A stretch of 64,000 bases of DNA, taken from contig CAVWLW010000003.1 of assembly GCA_963755715.1 (NCBI GenBank), forward strand, positions 73,351-137,350, written 5' to 3'. The notes beneath the pieces are model-generated. The model was not told the origin of the DNA. It made no database searches and was given only the letters and a program-made list of their open reading frames with translations. Source of the DNA: an uncultured delta proteobacterium (GTDB taxonomy: Bacteria; Desulfobacterota; Binatia; UBA9968). This document shows positions 22,166 through 32,713 of this stretch, piece after piece. Each line of letters starts with the position of its first letter. Position 1 is the first letter of the stretch. The translations under genes and the position numbers were made by a program.

Positions 22166-23326
22166 ATGACGGCGACGACAGAAACGCCGAGCGTAACGAG
22201 CGACGGCGTCGATTTCGTTCACACCGGACCGGGAACGTTAGCCGGACGATATTTGAGAATGTTCTGGCAGCCGGTCTACGTTTCTCAGGAGCTGAGAGCC
22301 GGCTACGCCGTGCCGATCCATATCATGGGCGAAAGCTTCACGCTTTATCGCGGCGCGAGCGGAAAGGCTTACGTCGTCGATTTTCGCTGCGCCCATCGGG
22401 GCACGCAGCTATCGGTCGGCTGGGTCGAGGACGATTGCATCCGCTGTTTCTATCACGGCTGGAAATACGACGGCGCCGGCCAATGCATCGAGCAGCCGGC
22501 GGAAAACGAAAGTTTCGCGCAGAAAATAACCATTCGTAGCTGCCCCACGCAGGAGTACTTGGGCCTGATCTTCGCCTACTTCGGCGAGGGGGCGGCGCCG
22601 CCGTTGCCAGGCTATCCCGAATTGGAGGAGGACGGCGAGATCGACGTTGGCACGTATATCCGCCACTGCAATTATTTCAACACGCTGGAAAACGGCATCG
22701 ATCAGGCGCATGTGCCGTTTACCCACGCGAAATCGAACTTCACCAAGTTCGGTCTCAACTGGGACATTCCAAAAATCACCGCCGAGGAAACCGACTACGG
22801 CGTGGCGATGTACGGCACGCGCGCCAACGGCGTCGCGCGGGTCAACCATTACCTCATGCCCAACATTCTTTACATCAAAGGCTCGCCGGAGAGCGCGAAA
22901 GAAGGCTGGCGCGAAGCTTTCGCCTGGCGGGTGCCGGTCGATGACGTGAGTCATCGGAGCTTCAACATCGCGCTTATACACGTGAGCGGCGATGCGGCGC
23001 TGCGTTTTCGCGAGCGCCAACGTCGACAAGAAGAAATTATCTCGGCGCTTCCCTCGGCCAACGTGATGGCGGCGGCGGCGCTGGCCGGACAACTGAGCGT
23101 GCACGACATCGAGGAGCGCCCCGATCTCGTGAACATTCAAGATCACGTCGCTCAAGAAGGGCAAGGCGCGATTCCCAACCGAGCAACTGAGCGTTTGGGC
23201 CGCTCGGATACGGCGATTATCCTCATGCGGCAGATCTGGCGGCGCGAGTTGCGCGCGCTGGCCGAGGGGAAATCTCTCAAACAATGGTCCCGCCCCGGGC
23301 GATTGGTCGCGACGAGCGGCGTGTGA
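22166..23326 (+). CDS. Rieske oxygenase alpha subunit #3 (LigX-like)
   Basis: HTGPGTLAGRYLRMFWQP, CAH...CFYHGW, ENGIDQAHVPFTH, QDHVAQEGQG. Confidence 0.92.
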   Translation: MTATTETPSVTSDGVDFVHTGPGTLAGRYLRMFWQPVYVSQELRAGYAVPIHIMGESFTLYRGASGKAYVVDFRCAHRGTQLSVGWVEDDCIRCFYHGWKYDGAGQCIEQPAENESFAQKITIRSCPTQEYLGLIFAYFGEGAAPPLPGYPELEEDGEIDVGTYIRHCNYFNTLENGIDQAHVPFTHAKSNFTKFGLNWDIPKITAEETDYGVAMYGTRANGVARVNHYLMPNILYIKGSPESAKEGWREAFAWRVPVDDVSHRSFNIALIHVSGDAALRFRERQRRQEEIISALPSANVMAAAALAGQLSVHDIEERPDLVNIQDHVAQEGQGAIPNRATERLGRSDTAIILMRQIWRRELRALAEGKSLKQWSRPGRLVATSGV

Positions 23327-24415
23327 GGAAAATTCTCTTGGCGCAGATAAACCGCTACGCACGCCGGCTGTTCTTTCTGCTGTCAGTCCTCGCCGCTCAG
23401 CCGTGTTCGGTTTTGGCTGAGACCCCGGAGCAATTGATCTCGGCCGCAAAGAACGAGAAGGAGCTTTTCTTTGTCGCCGGTCCGACGACTTTCGGCGGCA
23501 AGAAAGGACTTGTCGGAAATTGAAGCGGCTTTCAACAAGCGGTTCGGATTGAATGCGCGGATTCGCTTCAGCGCCGGACCGGAAATGAACGCGATGGCGG
23601 CGCGGGTGATCAGCGAGGTCAAAGCCGGCGGAAAGGCGTCGACCGACATCTATCTCGGCTCCCTAGGCCAGTACGCTAATTTATTTCGCGAAGACGCCTT
23701 GGAAGAAGTCAATTGGTCGGCAATATTTCCGTGGATCGCCCGGCCGATGGAAGAGATCGTGGCCAAGAAAGGCGTGCTGGTTTATTCATCGCCGCGCGGG
23801 ATTATTTACAACACCAATCTGATAGCGCCGGACAAAGCGCCGAAGAGTTATGAGGACTTGATCGATCCACGGTTGAGCCAGACGTGGGCGGGAAAGATCG
23901 CGGTGCCGCCTTATCCCAACTGGCTGGTCGAGTTGTCGCTGATCTGGGGCGAAGAAAAGCTCAAAGACTTTACCCGCAAGTTGGTGGCGCTCAACGGCGG
24001 CTGGCTGCGCTACGGCGAGGAAGAGCGGGTGATCAGCGGCGAATTTCCGATCATGGCGAACATCGGCGACGCGCTGGCGACGATGTGGAAGTGGCAAGCG
24101 AAAAGCGCGCCGCTGGTCGCGGTGCTCGGCTCGACTCCGGGCGATACGTCTTATTTTCATCTCGGCGTGCCGAAGAACTCCGGTCACCCCAATCTGGCCA
24201 AGCTCTTCGTCGCTTTCATGATCTCCAAAGAAGGGCAAGCGCTCATCGAGAAACATGAGCTGCGCTCGTCCCATCTGGTCGAAAGCTCGCGTATGGCGAA
24301 ATATCTGCGCGACAACAAGATCAGATTGCAGGAGCCCAAAGACTTATTCAATTTCTATCTCAAAGGCGGTGGCGCCAAGTTGAATGAGGAGCTGGTGAAG
24401 ATGCTGAAGCAATAA
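23323..24415 (+). CDS. Fe/thiamine-type substrate-binding protein #3 (frameshift near 23505)
   Basis: GTG start overlaps the TGA of Rieske #3; AGPTTFGG, SAGPEMNAMAARVI. Confidence 0.85.
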
Positions 24416-24448
24416 ATGGGATTGGTTCGCCAACTTTAAGCGCGCACG

Positions 24449-25228
24449 ATGATCACTCAAGAACAAAATAATTTATTGACGCAAACCGGCCGCAGCACGC
24501 CCTGCGGCGAATTGATGCGCCGGTATTGGCAGCCGGCAGCTTTATCGGAAGACTTGACGGCCGACAAACCGTTGCCGGTCACATTGTTCGGCGAAGAATT
24601 GATTTTGTTTCGCGACGATCAGAGCGGTCCTGCGCTGATTGGACGCTACTGCGCGCACCAGGGCTTCGATATGGTTTACGGCCGCGTCGAGGCCGGCGGC
24701 CTGCGCTGCATGTATCATGGTTGGCTGTTCGATGCTTGCGGCAAAGTCGTGGTGCGTGGCGATTGGTTGCCGGGAGGAGAACAACGAATGTCGGTGGGAC
24801 AGCCGGCCTATCCGTGCGTCGAGGCCGGCGGCGTGATTTTCACATATCTGGGACCGGGCGAGGCGCCAACGTTGGTAGTCCATGAATTGTTCGTCAAGCT
24901 ACCGACGCGTTTCGCGCTGACGAAAATTCTCCGCGACGAAAATTACCTGCAAGGAATTCTCCGCGCCAACGTATCGCCGCTCGACGGTGCGAGATTCGTC
25001 ATGCCCAATCTCGTGTTCTCTCCGGGGGCGTCAGGCGCAGAAAGTTGGGTGCGCTGGTGCGTGCCGGTTGATGACAGCTCTTATGTGGAATTTACCTTTC
25101 TGTACTTCGAAGAGTCGCCGATCCCAGGCGAGCCGCGGGATGCAGCCCAGGCGGTCCTGCTCAAAGCGATTGAAGAAATTTGCGCTCAGCGGCGAGTTGC
25201 GTCGGAATCTGCGGCGAAAGATCGCTAG
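24449..25228 (+). CDS. Short Rieske-domain protein #4 with degenerate catalytic domain
   Basis: CAH...CMYHGW intact; lacks the D-x2-H-x4-H motif and the C-terminal QD. Confidence 0.8.
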   Translation: MITQEQNNLLTQTGRSTPCGELMRRYWQPAALSEDLTADKPLPVTLFGEELILFRDDQSGPALIGRYCAHQGFDMVYGRVEAGGLRCMYHGWLFDACGKVVVRGDWLPGGEQRMSVGQPAYPCVEAGGVIFTYLGPGEAPTLVVHELFVKLPTRFALTKILRDENYLQGILRANVSPLDGARFVMPNLVFSPGASGAESWVRWCVPVDDSSYVEFTFLYFEESPIPGEPRDAAQAVLLKAIEEICAQRRVASESAAKDR

Positions 25229-25242
25229 CCCTGTAACTTCTG

Positions 25243-26316
25243 TTAGGCAAGCAAGCTGCCAAGATGGACGATAACTTCCTCGATGTCGTCGAGGGAGTTC
25301 CAGCGCGGCGAGCCGCCGAGATGGGGCGTAACGATCACGTTGGGGAATTGGATCAGCGGATCGTTGGGGCTCCCCGGTTCTTCATAGAAAGTATCCAGCC
25401 CATAGCCACCCAGCCGTCCCGAAGCGAGCGCCTGGCGCAGTGCCTCGCGCTCTACCAGGTTCGGCTGCGAAACGTTGATCAAAAAGGTGCCGGCTTTAAT
25501 CACCGCTAGTTGATCGGCGCCGATGAAGTTGACGGTCGCCGCGCTGCGCGGCAGATGTAAACTCACGAAGTCAGAGGTAGCCAGCAGCTCATCGAGAGAA
25601 CAATAAGTTGCCTGATATCGCTGTTCGACGACGGCGGGCAAGCGCGTGCGCTGCGCGTAGACGATGCTCATACCAAGCGCGAGCGCGCGCAGCGCCAGCT
25701 CGCGACCGATCTCGCCGAGGCCGACGATGCCAAGCTGTTTACGATAGAGCGTGACCATGCCAGGGATGCGCGCCCAGTTACCGTTGGGTGTGTGCGAGCG
25801 GTCATAGGCCGTCGGTTCATAGCCGGCGCGTTTCAACTGTTCGACGCTAATGAGATTCGCATTGCGCGTGAGTTGGCGCGCCAGGACGAGCATCAACATC
25901 AATCCTTGTTCGGCGGTGGAGATATTCGCCCGCCGGCGAATCGTCAATACTTTCACACCGGCGGTTGCGCAGGCAACTTCGTCGATGTTGCGCGTGGTCA
26001 AGCCGTACTTTTGCACGAACCTGAGCGGGCTTCCCGCGGCGGCTATTTCTTTGGCGCCAACCGCTAGCTCCTCGACGACCACAACGGTCGCGCTGGAAAC
26101 GTTCGCCAACAGCTCTGCCTGGTTGTCGACCAGATGCACCTCTGCCGGATAGATGTTTTGCACCTGCGCGCGGATCTTATCGCACCAGCCGTGAAAGTCC
26201 GGCGTGTCGTGTTTGCAAAAATGCGCGAACGCGTCGAAACGCTCTTTCGGGGCGCTGGGATCGAGGACGACTTGGATCAAGCGCAGAAAACTATCGTTTT
26301 CGACGACGAACTTCAT
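25243..26316 (-). CDS. D-isomer-specific 2-hydroxyacid dehydrogenase family protein
   Basis: GLGEIG, DFVSLHLP, LDTFYEEP, VTPHLGG. Confidence 0.88.
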   Translation of the reverse strand: MKFVVENDSFLRLIQVVLDPSAPKERFDAFAHFCKHDTPDFHGWCDKIRAQVQNIYPAEVHLVDNQAELLANVSSATVVVVEELAVGAKEIAAAGSPLRFVQKYGLTTRNIDEVACATAGVKVLTIRRRANISTAEQGLMLMLVLARQLTRNANLISVEQLKRAGYEPTAYDRSHTPNGNWARIPGMVTLYRKQLGIVGLGEIGRELALRALALGMSIVYAQRTRLPAVVEQRYQATYCSLDELLATSDFVSLHLPRSAATVNFIGADQLAVIKAGTFLINVSQPNLVEREALRQALASGRLGGYGLDTFYEEPGSPNDPLIQFPNVIVTPHLGGSPRWNSLDDIEEVIVHLGSLLA

Positions 26317-26443
26317 ATATGGGTCGTTGATGGCGCGATTGAACGATCCTTGTTCAAAGCCTGAACGAAGTGAAGGATCGTTCTTATTTTGCGACAGATC
26401 CTTCGAAGCTCAGGATGCGCTAGGCGCGCACTTTGGACGGTGT

Positions 26444-26971
26444 TTACGGTTCCGGGTCGACTTTCAATGCTTTCAAAAATCTCGTCAGCATGTTGTAGGC
26501 GCCGATCAGCATCGTTAGCTCGACGGTTTGGCGCTCGCTGAAGTGTTGGCGCAGTTCGCTAAAAACCGAGTCGGCAACGTCGATCTCCTGTGTCATCGCA
26601 TCCGTGTAAGCAAGCAGCGCGCGTTGTGGTGCGCTGAACAGTTTCGAGGGTTGCCAGTTTTCCAAGGCCGCGACTTGTTCCGGCGTCAACCCTTCTTTTA
26701 ACGCGTACGCCGGTCCGTGCGCGCGCTGGACATATTCGACGTCGTTCAGAATCGCCACGCGGATGACCGCCAGCTCTCGGCTTTGGCCGTCGATCTCGGT
26801 GCCGTAGCGCACGGCCTGATTGAGCTCGAACCACGCGTTCGCCAGCGCCGGGCTATGCAACATCAGCCGATAAATGTTGATGAGCTGGCCGCCGCGCGCG
26901 CCTTTGATCTTGGCGATGGATTCGGCCAGCTCAGGGTGTTCGGTTTCTTCGATTAGCGTTACGCGTGCCAT
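26444..26971 (-). CDS. Carboxymuconolactone decarboxylase/AhpD-like family protein
   Basis: MLHSPALA, RELAVIRVA...EY...H, YNMLTRF. Confidence 0.85.
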   Translation of the reverse strand: MARVTLIEETEHPELAESIAKIKGARGGQLINIYRLMLHSPALANAWFELNQAVRYGTEIDGQSRELAVIRVAILNDVEYVQRAHGPAYALKEGLTPEQVAALENWQPSKLFSAPQRALLAYTDAMTQEIDVADSVFSELRQHFSERQTVELTMLIGAYNMLTRFLKALKVDPEP

Positions 26972-27121
26972 GATCTTTCTGTGAATTCATTACTGATTAT
27001 CTTAGCCCAAGATTCCAAAATATCTATTGCGCAGCGTTTCGCACGAAATTTGCCGCGACCGGCAATGTTAGTTATGCTATAGTATATATCGCTCGAAGGG
27101 AATTTGCGGAGACGAACGGAC

Positions 27122-28349
27122 ATGCAGCAATCGGAACGTTGGAAAAATCGTTTTAAGGCAGTGGCGCTCGGTATCGGTCTCGCTCTGACGATGCTGACCA
27201 TTCGCCATTGGTACGAGACATTCATCCTTTGGACATCCGCTATGCGATGACTGTCGGCTCGATTTTCCGCAGTTTTACGCCGCGCGCCAAACTGATTTGG
27301 GAAAAACCCTCCGCGCTTTACGACAACGCATCGCAGCTGGCGATTCAAAAAGCGATCGACAACCGCATCGGCGATTCGATTTTGCCGTTCGCCTATCCGC
27401 CGGTCACGGCTCTTGTATTGATGCCATTGGGCTGGCTGTCGTTCCGCATGGCTTTTGTGGCAATTACCCTCGTCAATATCGGCGCTGCTATTGGTGTTCA
27501 CGCTCAGGCTGTTAATCCGCAAGCTCGGTCTCAAAAGCGAACAATCGACATGGTTGCTACTCAGCACGTTTTGCAATTTCGGTGTCCATAGCGTTCTCCT
27601 CCAAGGGCAGACTTCGTTGGTGGTCTTGTTCTGTCTTACTGCCTTTATGTTCTCGGCAATGAGCGGCAAACAATTCCATCGCGGGATTTTGGGCCGGACT
27701 TAATTTCTTGAAACCTCAACTCCTCCCAGTGCCGTTTATTGCTCTCACTTTTCAACGGCTGTGGCAGGCGCTTTCGATTGCCGCCGTCGTAGTCGCGGGG
27801 CTCTGCTTGCTGTCTGTGGTTCTCGTTGGGACAGAAGGAATCAGCCAATATCTTCAACTGTTGAGATTCTATAGTACGACCGAAAGTGGCTTCGGAAGCT
27901 ATCCCGAGAAGATGCATAACTTGAGAGCGTTAGTCCAATATTTTGCGCCGTTTTCACTGGCACCGTATCTTTGGGTTGCAATGGTGGTTCCCATAGCCCT
28001 TTTGACCATGTGGCTTAATGCGAGCAAAGTGGATGGCGACGATAAGACAGCATTTTTGTGGATCGGAAACTTTCTTACAATGATGCTGATAACGCCGCAT
28101 CTTTATTCGCACGATCTTTCTTTTTTGCTTGTGCCGAGCGCATTGACCTTGAAACTCTCGGGCGCGACAGTTCCCTTATTCGTTCCACCGTTGTTAATTT
28201 GCTTGAGTGTCCTGCCCATTTTACCTCTGGTGGTCGGCAACCCAGTGCCGCCGCCGCTGCCGATAATTTTTTTGCTCGCCTACTTCGGCTGTGTATGGAT
28301 GGTGCGGAAATCGATTACGAAACGATCCAGTTTGGTTGCAGAATTCTAA
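27122..28349 (+). CDS. Glycosyltransferase family 87 (DUF2029-like) membrane protein (frameshifted)
   Basis: PFAYPP, QGQTS, KPQL, PHLYSHDL in successive frames; multi-TM. Confidence 0.75.
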
Positions 28350-28393
28350 GATTCTAGTCGCATTTAGACAAAACCTTTGTTCTGGAGCAGAGG

Positions 28394-29858
28394 TTACAAG
28401 GTCCGGCGCTTTTCCAAACGGAGGGAAAAATTCGGTTTCTGTATGAATACGCTGTTGCGCTCGGTTTGTTTGCTGAGTTCGCCGACGAGATTCACCAGCG
28501 GGTTTCCATTGGTTCGATAGTGACGCGGCGGTCCGGCGGCGTGCATGCGCTCGACATCTTCTTTGCTCGTGAAAAAGCGTGACAGCACTTCTTCATCAGA
28601 GATGCCTTGTCCGCCGTATTTACGCCGCAAGTCTTGCAGAGAATCACTTGGATGGGGCCGCTCGGCAATCTCTTTGGCGCGCGGGCGGTTGAGAATTTTC
28701 TCCTTCACAGTTCGCGTCCATGAAGGCGGCGCCCTCTTTGCCCCAGATGCCCATGGCGTATTCAATCGTCTGATCGGTGACTTGCTTGTAGCGCTCGCCG
28801 ACGATGACATTGATGGCCGCCTGGCTGCCGACGAACTGCGACAGCGGTGTCACCATGATCGGGTAACCGAAGTCGGCGCGTACCTGAGCGGCTTCTTCCA
28901 ACGTCCGGTCAACTTTGTTTTCCATGCCGACGCGGCGCAGCTGATAACGCAAGTTGGAAATCATGCCGCCAGGAATTTGATGCACGTATTGCGCGTAGTC
29001 GTATTCCGGCGTTTTGCCGATGGGCAGGTTTTCCTCCTTGGCACAGGCGGTGAAATGCTTCGCCACGTGACGCAGCGGTTCTTCATCGATCGCCGTTTTG
29101 AAACCCAACGCGCGCGCATTCATCGCAACATTAAAAATCGACGGATTCGACGAGCCATCAGCCAGCGGTGGAATGGCGGTGTTGACGTGGGTCATGCCGG
29201 CTTTGATCGCTTCCAGGCAGCAGAGCGTGCCGAGTCCCGTCGTGCAGTGCGTGTGCAATTCCACGGTCTTCCCGCCGGCTGCCTTCAGCACCGCCGGCAC
29301 TACAGTCTTGGTTCTTTCGGGAGTCAAGATGCCGCCCGGGTCCTTGAAAATAACCCGATAGACATCGAGAGCGAATGCTTCGCGGATCTTGCTGGCGAAG
29401 TATTCGTCGGTGTGACGTGGCGACACGGTGTAAATAAGATTAATGATCGGTTTGAGTCCGGCGTTCTTTGCTTGTTTAACGCGCCAAGCCCAATCCGCGG
29501 GATCGTTCCACGAGTCGGAAATGCGCACCTCGGTTACGCCGACATTGGCCATGCAGGTATCGTAAAGCTGATGCAGCGCTGCCGGGTAAATCGCAAAGCC
29601 GCTGCGCGTGCCGTGGATCAACCGTAAGGGTGTTTTTTTGAATTTCGGGATGACTAACCGATAGCGCTCCCAGGGATCCTCGCGCAGCTCTTTGACGCAC
29701 TTGGGCAGCTCGACCGGTCCGCCGAGCTCGACGGCTTCGAAACCGGCAGCGTCGATGTATTCCACAATGGGCACGATCATGCCGGTTCTCATGTTGTACG
29801 CCCATAGACTTTGTTGCCCGTCGCGCAGTGTGGTGTCGACGAAAAGAACTTCAGTCAT
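28394..29858 (-). CDS. Pyruvate carboxylase B/oxaloacetate decarboxylase alpha-like carboxyltransferase, no biotinyl domain (frameshift near 28715)
   Basis: DTTLRDGQQSL, FKDPGG, HTHCT, HQIPGGMISNL, GYPIMVTPLSQFVG. Confidence 0.88.
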
Positions 29859-29929
29859 TGCGAGTATTCCGGAATTTAATTTTGCGAATGAAAACGATTT
29901 TATCAAATGACGAAAATTGTCGAGCGGCT

Positions 29930-30383
29930 CTACTCCTCGCGCAGCCAAATTTGGCTGCGGCCGAATAAGGAAAAGCCGACAAAGCCGCGCACCTCGAGTT
30001 TACTGCCGCCGTCGATAACTTTCATCTTAGCGCGGTAGATCGTGCCAGTCTCGGGATCGAGTATCTCTCCTCGCTTGGTATTCGTCGCCTTGCTTTTTGA
30101 GCCCCCACATAAACGTCATGCCCAGCACAGGTTGATTACGCCGGGCGCCGTCGCACTTCTCGCACTTCGGCGCCGGATCGTCGCCTGGTGCGGGGAAAAT
30201 TTTTTCGATCTTGCCCTCGTACTGGCCGTTGACCTCGCGAATCCGAATCAGGCCCTTGGCCTTGCCGGAATGCTCGTCGACGGTTTTCCACAAGCCCGAT
30301 GGCGATAATTCGGCCGCGCCAAGAGGAAGCGACTGGAGACATAGGATGATTACCAAGAAAAGCCAATGACGGATTTCGCGCAT
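29930..30383 (-). CDS. DUF2147 family exported protein (frameshift near 30072)
   Basis: GLWKTVD, CEKC, GEILDP, LEVRGFVGFSLFGRSQIW. Confidence 0.85.
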
Positions 30384-30433
30384 AGACGTACCTAACTTCC
30401 TGTGCAGAGTCGATCTCGATGCCCTGGTTTGTT

Positions 30434-30553
30434 TTACCAGTTACAAAAACGATTTTCGATATAGGTGACGAGACTAACGAGGGCGATGCCAAATAACGCC
30501 AACAACACGATGGCGATAAACACCGGCGCCATTTCGAGCGCATTGGCAGCGCT
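30434..30553 (-). pseudogene. C-terminal remnant of a SsuC/TauC-type ABC permease
   Basis: Hand translation SAANALEMAPVFIAIVLLALFGIALVSLVTYIENRFCNW*, resembling the last TM helix of such permeases; no N-terminus. Confidence 0.55.
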
Positions 30554-30563
30554 GCACCCAGAA

Positions 30564-31574
30564 TTAACTTGCTCGCTGAAACCTTGGAAAGATTTCACTG
30601 GACATCAATTCCAGCGTTCGGCGCACATGGACCATCGGCACACCGCCGAAGTTGACCATGCAGATCACGTGGGTGACGCCAGTCTTTTCATATTCCCGGA
30701 AGATAGCGTCTGCTTGGGATGGGGTAGTGAAGACAACTAAGCCTTCCCTCTTGAGCTCGTCGAAATTGGGGATCTTCGATCCCGGACGACGGTGCGTCTT
30801 GGTGAATGAAGTGACACGGTCGAAATAAGGCCGGCTGAGCGTCACGGCATCGTTCTCATTCTCATTCAGGTACACGTGCAAAGCGACCATGATGCTCGGC
30901 TCGGCTTTGTGGCCGGAGCGAACGTAATTGTCTTTGTATAGATCGTTCTTCGCTTTCACATCGAGGAGATTGTTCGAGCGCGCGAACGGAATGCCCATCA
31001 TCGGCCAGCCGAGTTCTCCAGCCTTGACCAGAGTGTCGTCGCTCGATGCGGCAAGCCAGATCGGCGGCCCCGGCTTCTGCACCGGTTTCACGTAAAGGGT
31101 CGCGTTGTCGTACTGATAATATTTTCCCTTGTGCGAGAACTCCTCTTGCTCCCAGGCCTTTAAGATCACGTCAGTCGCTTCCCAGAAGCGTTCTTTGGCT
31201 TCTTCCATCGTCATGCCGAAGGTTTTGAATTCTACCGGAGAAAACCCGCTCCCCAAGGCAAATTCTAGTCGCCCGCCACAGAGATTGTCCGCGAACGCGT
31301 ACTCTTCGGCGAGCACGAGAGGATTATGAAAGGAAGGCACCGCGACCGCCGGACCCAAGCGGATCCTTTTTGTGCGCTGGCCGAGCGCGGCGATCAGCAT
31401 CGGCGGCGACACACACGTGCCATACCAATAGAGATGATGCTCGCCGAGCCAGAAAGAATCGAAGCCCAACTCTTCGGCCCACTCCGCCACGGTGAGAACT
31501 TCTTCGTAGTATTTCTGATTCGAGCGGCCCAGCTCTGGATGGTTGTCACCGAAGATGAAGATGCCGAATTTCAT
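30564..31574 (-). CDS. Luciferase-like (LLM) flavin-dependent oxidoreductase
   Basis: MKFGIF, AEELGFDSFWLGEHH, RLEFALGSG, KPVQKPGPPIW. Confidence 0.92.
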   Translation of the reverse strand: MKFGIFIFGDNHPELGRSNQKYYEEVLTVAEWAEELGFDSFWLGEHHLYWYGTCVSPPMLIAALGQRTKRIRLGPAVAVPSFHNPLVLAEEYAFADNLCGGRLEFALGSGFSPVEFKTFGMTMEEAKERFWEATDVILKAWEQEEFSHKGKYYQYDNATLYVKPVQKPGPPIWLAASSDDTLVKAGELGWPMMGIPFARSNNLLDVKAKNDLYKDNYVRSGHKAEPSIMVALHVYLNENENDAVTLSRPYFDRVTSFTKTHRRPGSKIPNFDELKREGLVVFTTPSQADAIFREYEKTGVTHVICMVNFGGVPMVHVRRTLELMSSEIFPRFQRAS

Positions 31575-31623
31575 AGATTAACAGCTCCGAACTCGCGCGC
31601 GTGGAACAGGCTGGACAAACACC

Positions 31624-32618
31624 TTATTTGCGCCCATAGAGCTTATCGACGAAGCCGCTCTTTTTCATTTCGTCGACGAAGCGTAAGCTCGACGAAAGTC
31701 TTCCGGTTTGGCTTTGCCGGCGCGCGGATCGGTGAGCGCTTGTACTTCGAGAGTTTGCTTCAAACCTTCGAGCGTCGGGTAAGTATCTTCAACCAGAAAT
31801 TCGTAATTGGCCGCGTAGGCGCCTTCGAGCACGGCTCGGTCCAAGCCGCGGGTATATTTCTGCATGATCTTGATCGCGTCATCTTTACGCGTTTTGAAGT
31901 AGTGGCCCGCTTCGCCCAGCGACCAGACGACGCGACGAACCTCATCGGGATTTTCTCGAATCTTCTTCCGGGTCGCCACGCTGCAGTTAAATTGGAACGG
32001 CACCTTGAGCTTGGCCATATCGATAATCACTTTGAGCCCGTTCTTTTCGCCCTGGAGTTTTTCTCCTTCGCTGACGATTGTAAAATCCGCTTGTCCGGCA
32101 ATGGTTGCGCCGAGCCGCGCGGGCGCGCCGCCGAGCGTGACGGCTTTAATGTCTTTGTAGCCAATGCCGACTTTCATCAAAGCCAGCCGGAGCGCGAAGT
32201 CCGCCGAGGTGCCGGGAATGTGCACCGCAGCGGTCTTGCCGCGCAAGTCTTCCGGCGACTTGATGCTCGCGTTGCCGACGACGAAGTACGGCAGCGTATT
32301 CATCTGGCTCTGAATGATCGCGATCTCCGCTCCCGCGAGCTTGGCGTTGATGACGGCCGTCCCCACCGCGCCGCTGTAGCCGAGATCGCCGGCGATCAAA
32401 CTCTGAATGCCGCGCACGCTGCCGTCGATAAATATCGTATCGAGATCGAGGCCGTGCTTTTTGAAGATGCCGGCCTCTTTGGCGATCCAGTAGACGACCG
32501 ATGAATTGCTCGAGTCCGAGATGTAGGCGATGTAGCTTTTCGCAGCTGCGGTGTGCGCGCAAAAGACCACCGCAGTGAGCGATGCGAGAGACAGGAGCGC
32601 GAAAACACGGTTTTTCAT
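31624..32618 (-). CDS. NMT1/THI5-like substrate-binding protein (frameshift near 3' end)
   Basis: Signal peptide, AKEAGIFKKHGLD, EDLRGK; ends FVDKLYGRK in another frame. Confidence 0.87.
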
Positions 32619-32713
32619 CGTGGCGGTCTCCTCAATATTATCTTGTCCAGCGGTTTGAACCGCTCATGCTTAACTTATCTCGCAGGGCGTGACAAGGACT
32701 CGACCATGCGGCT

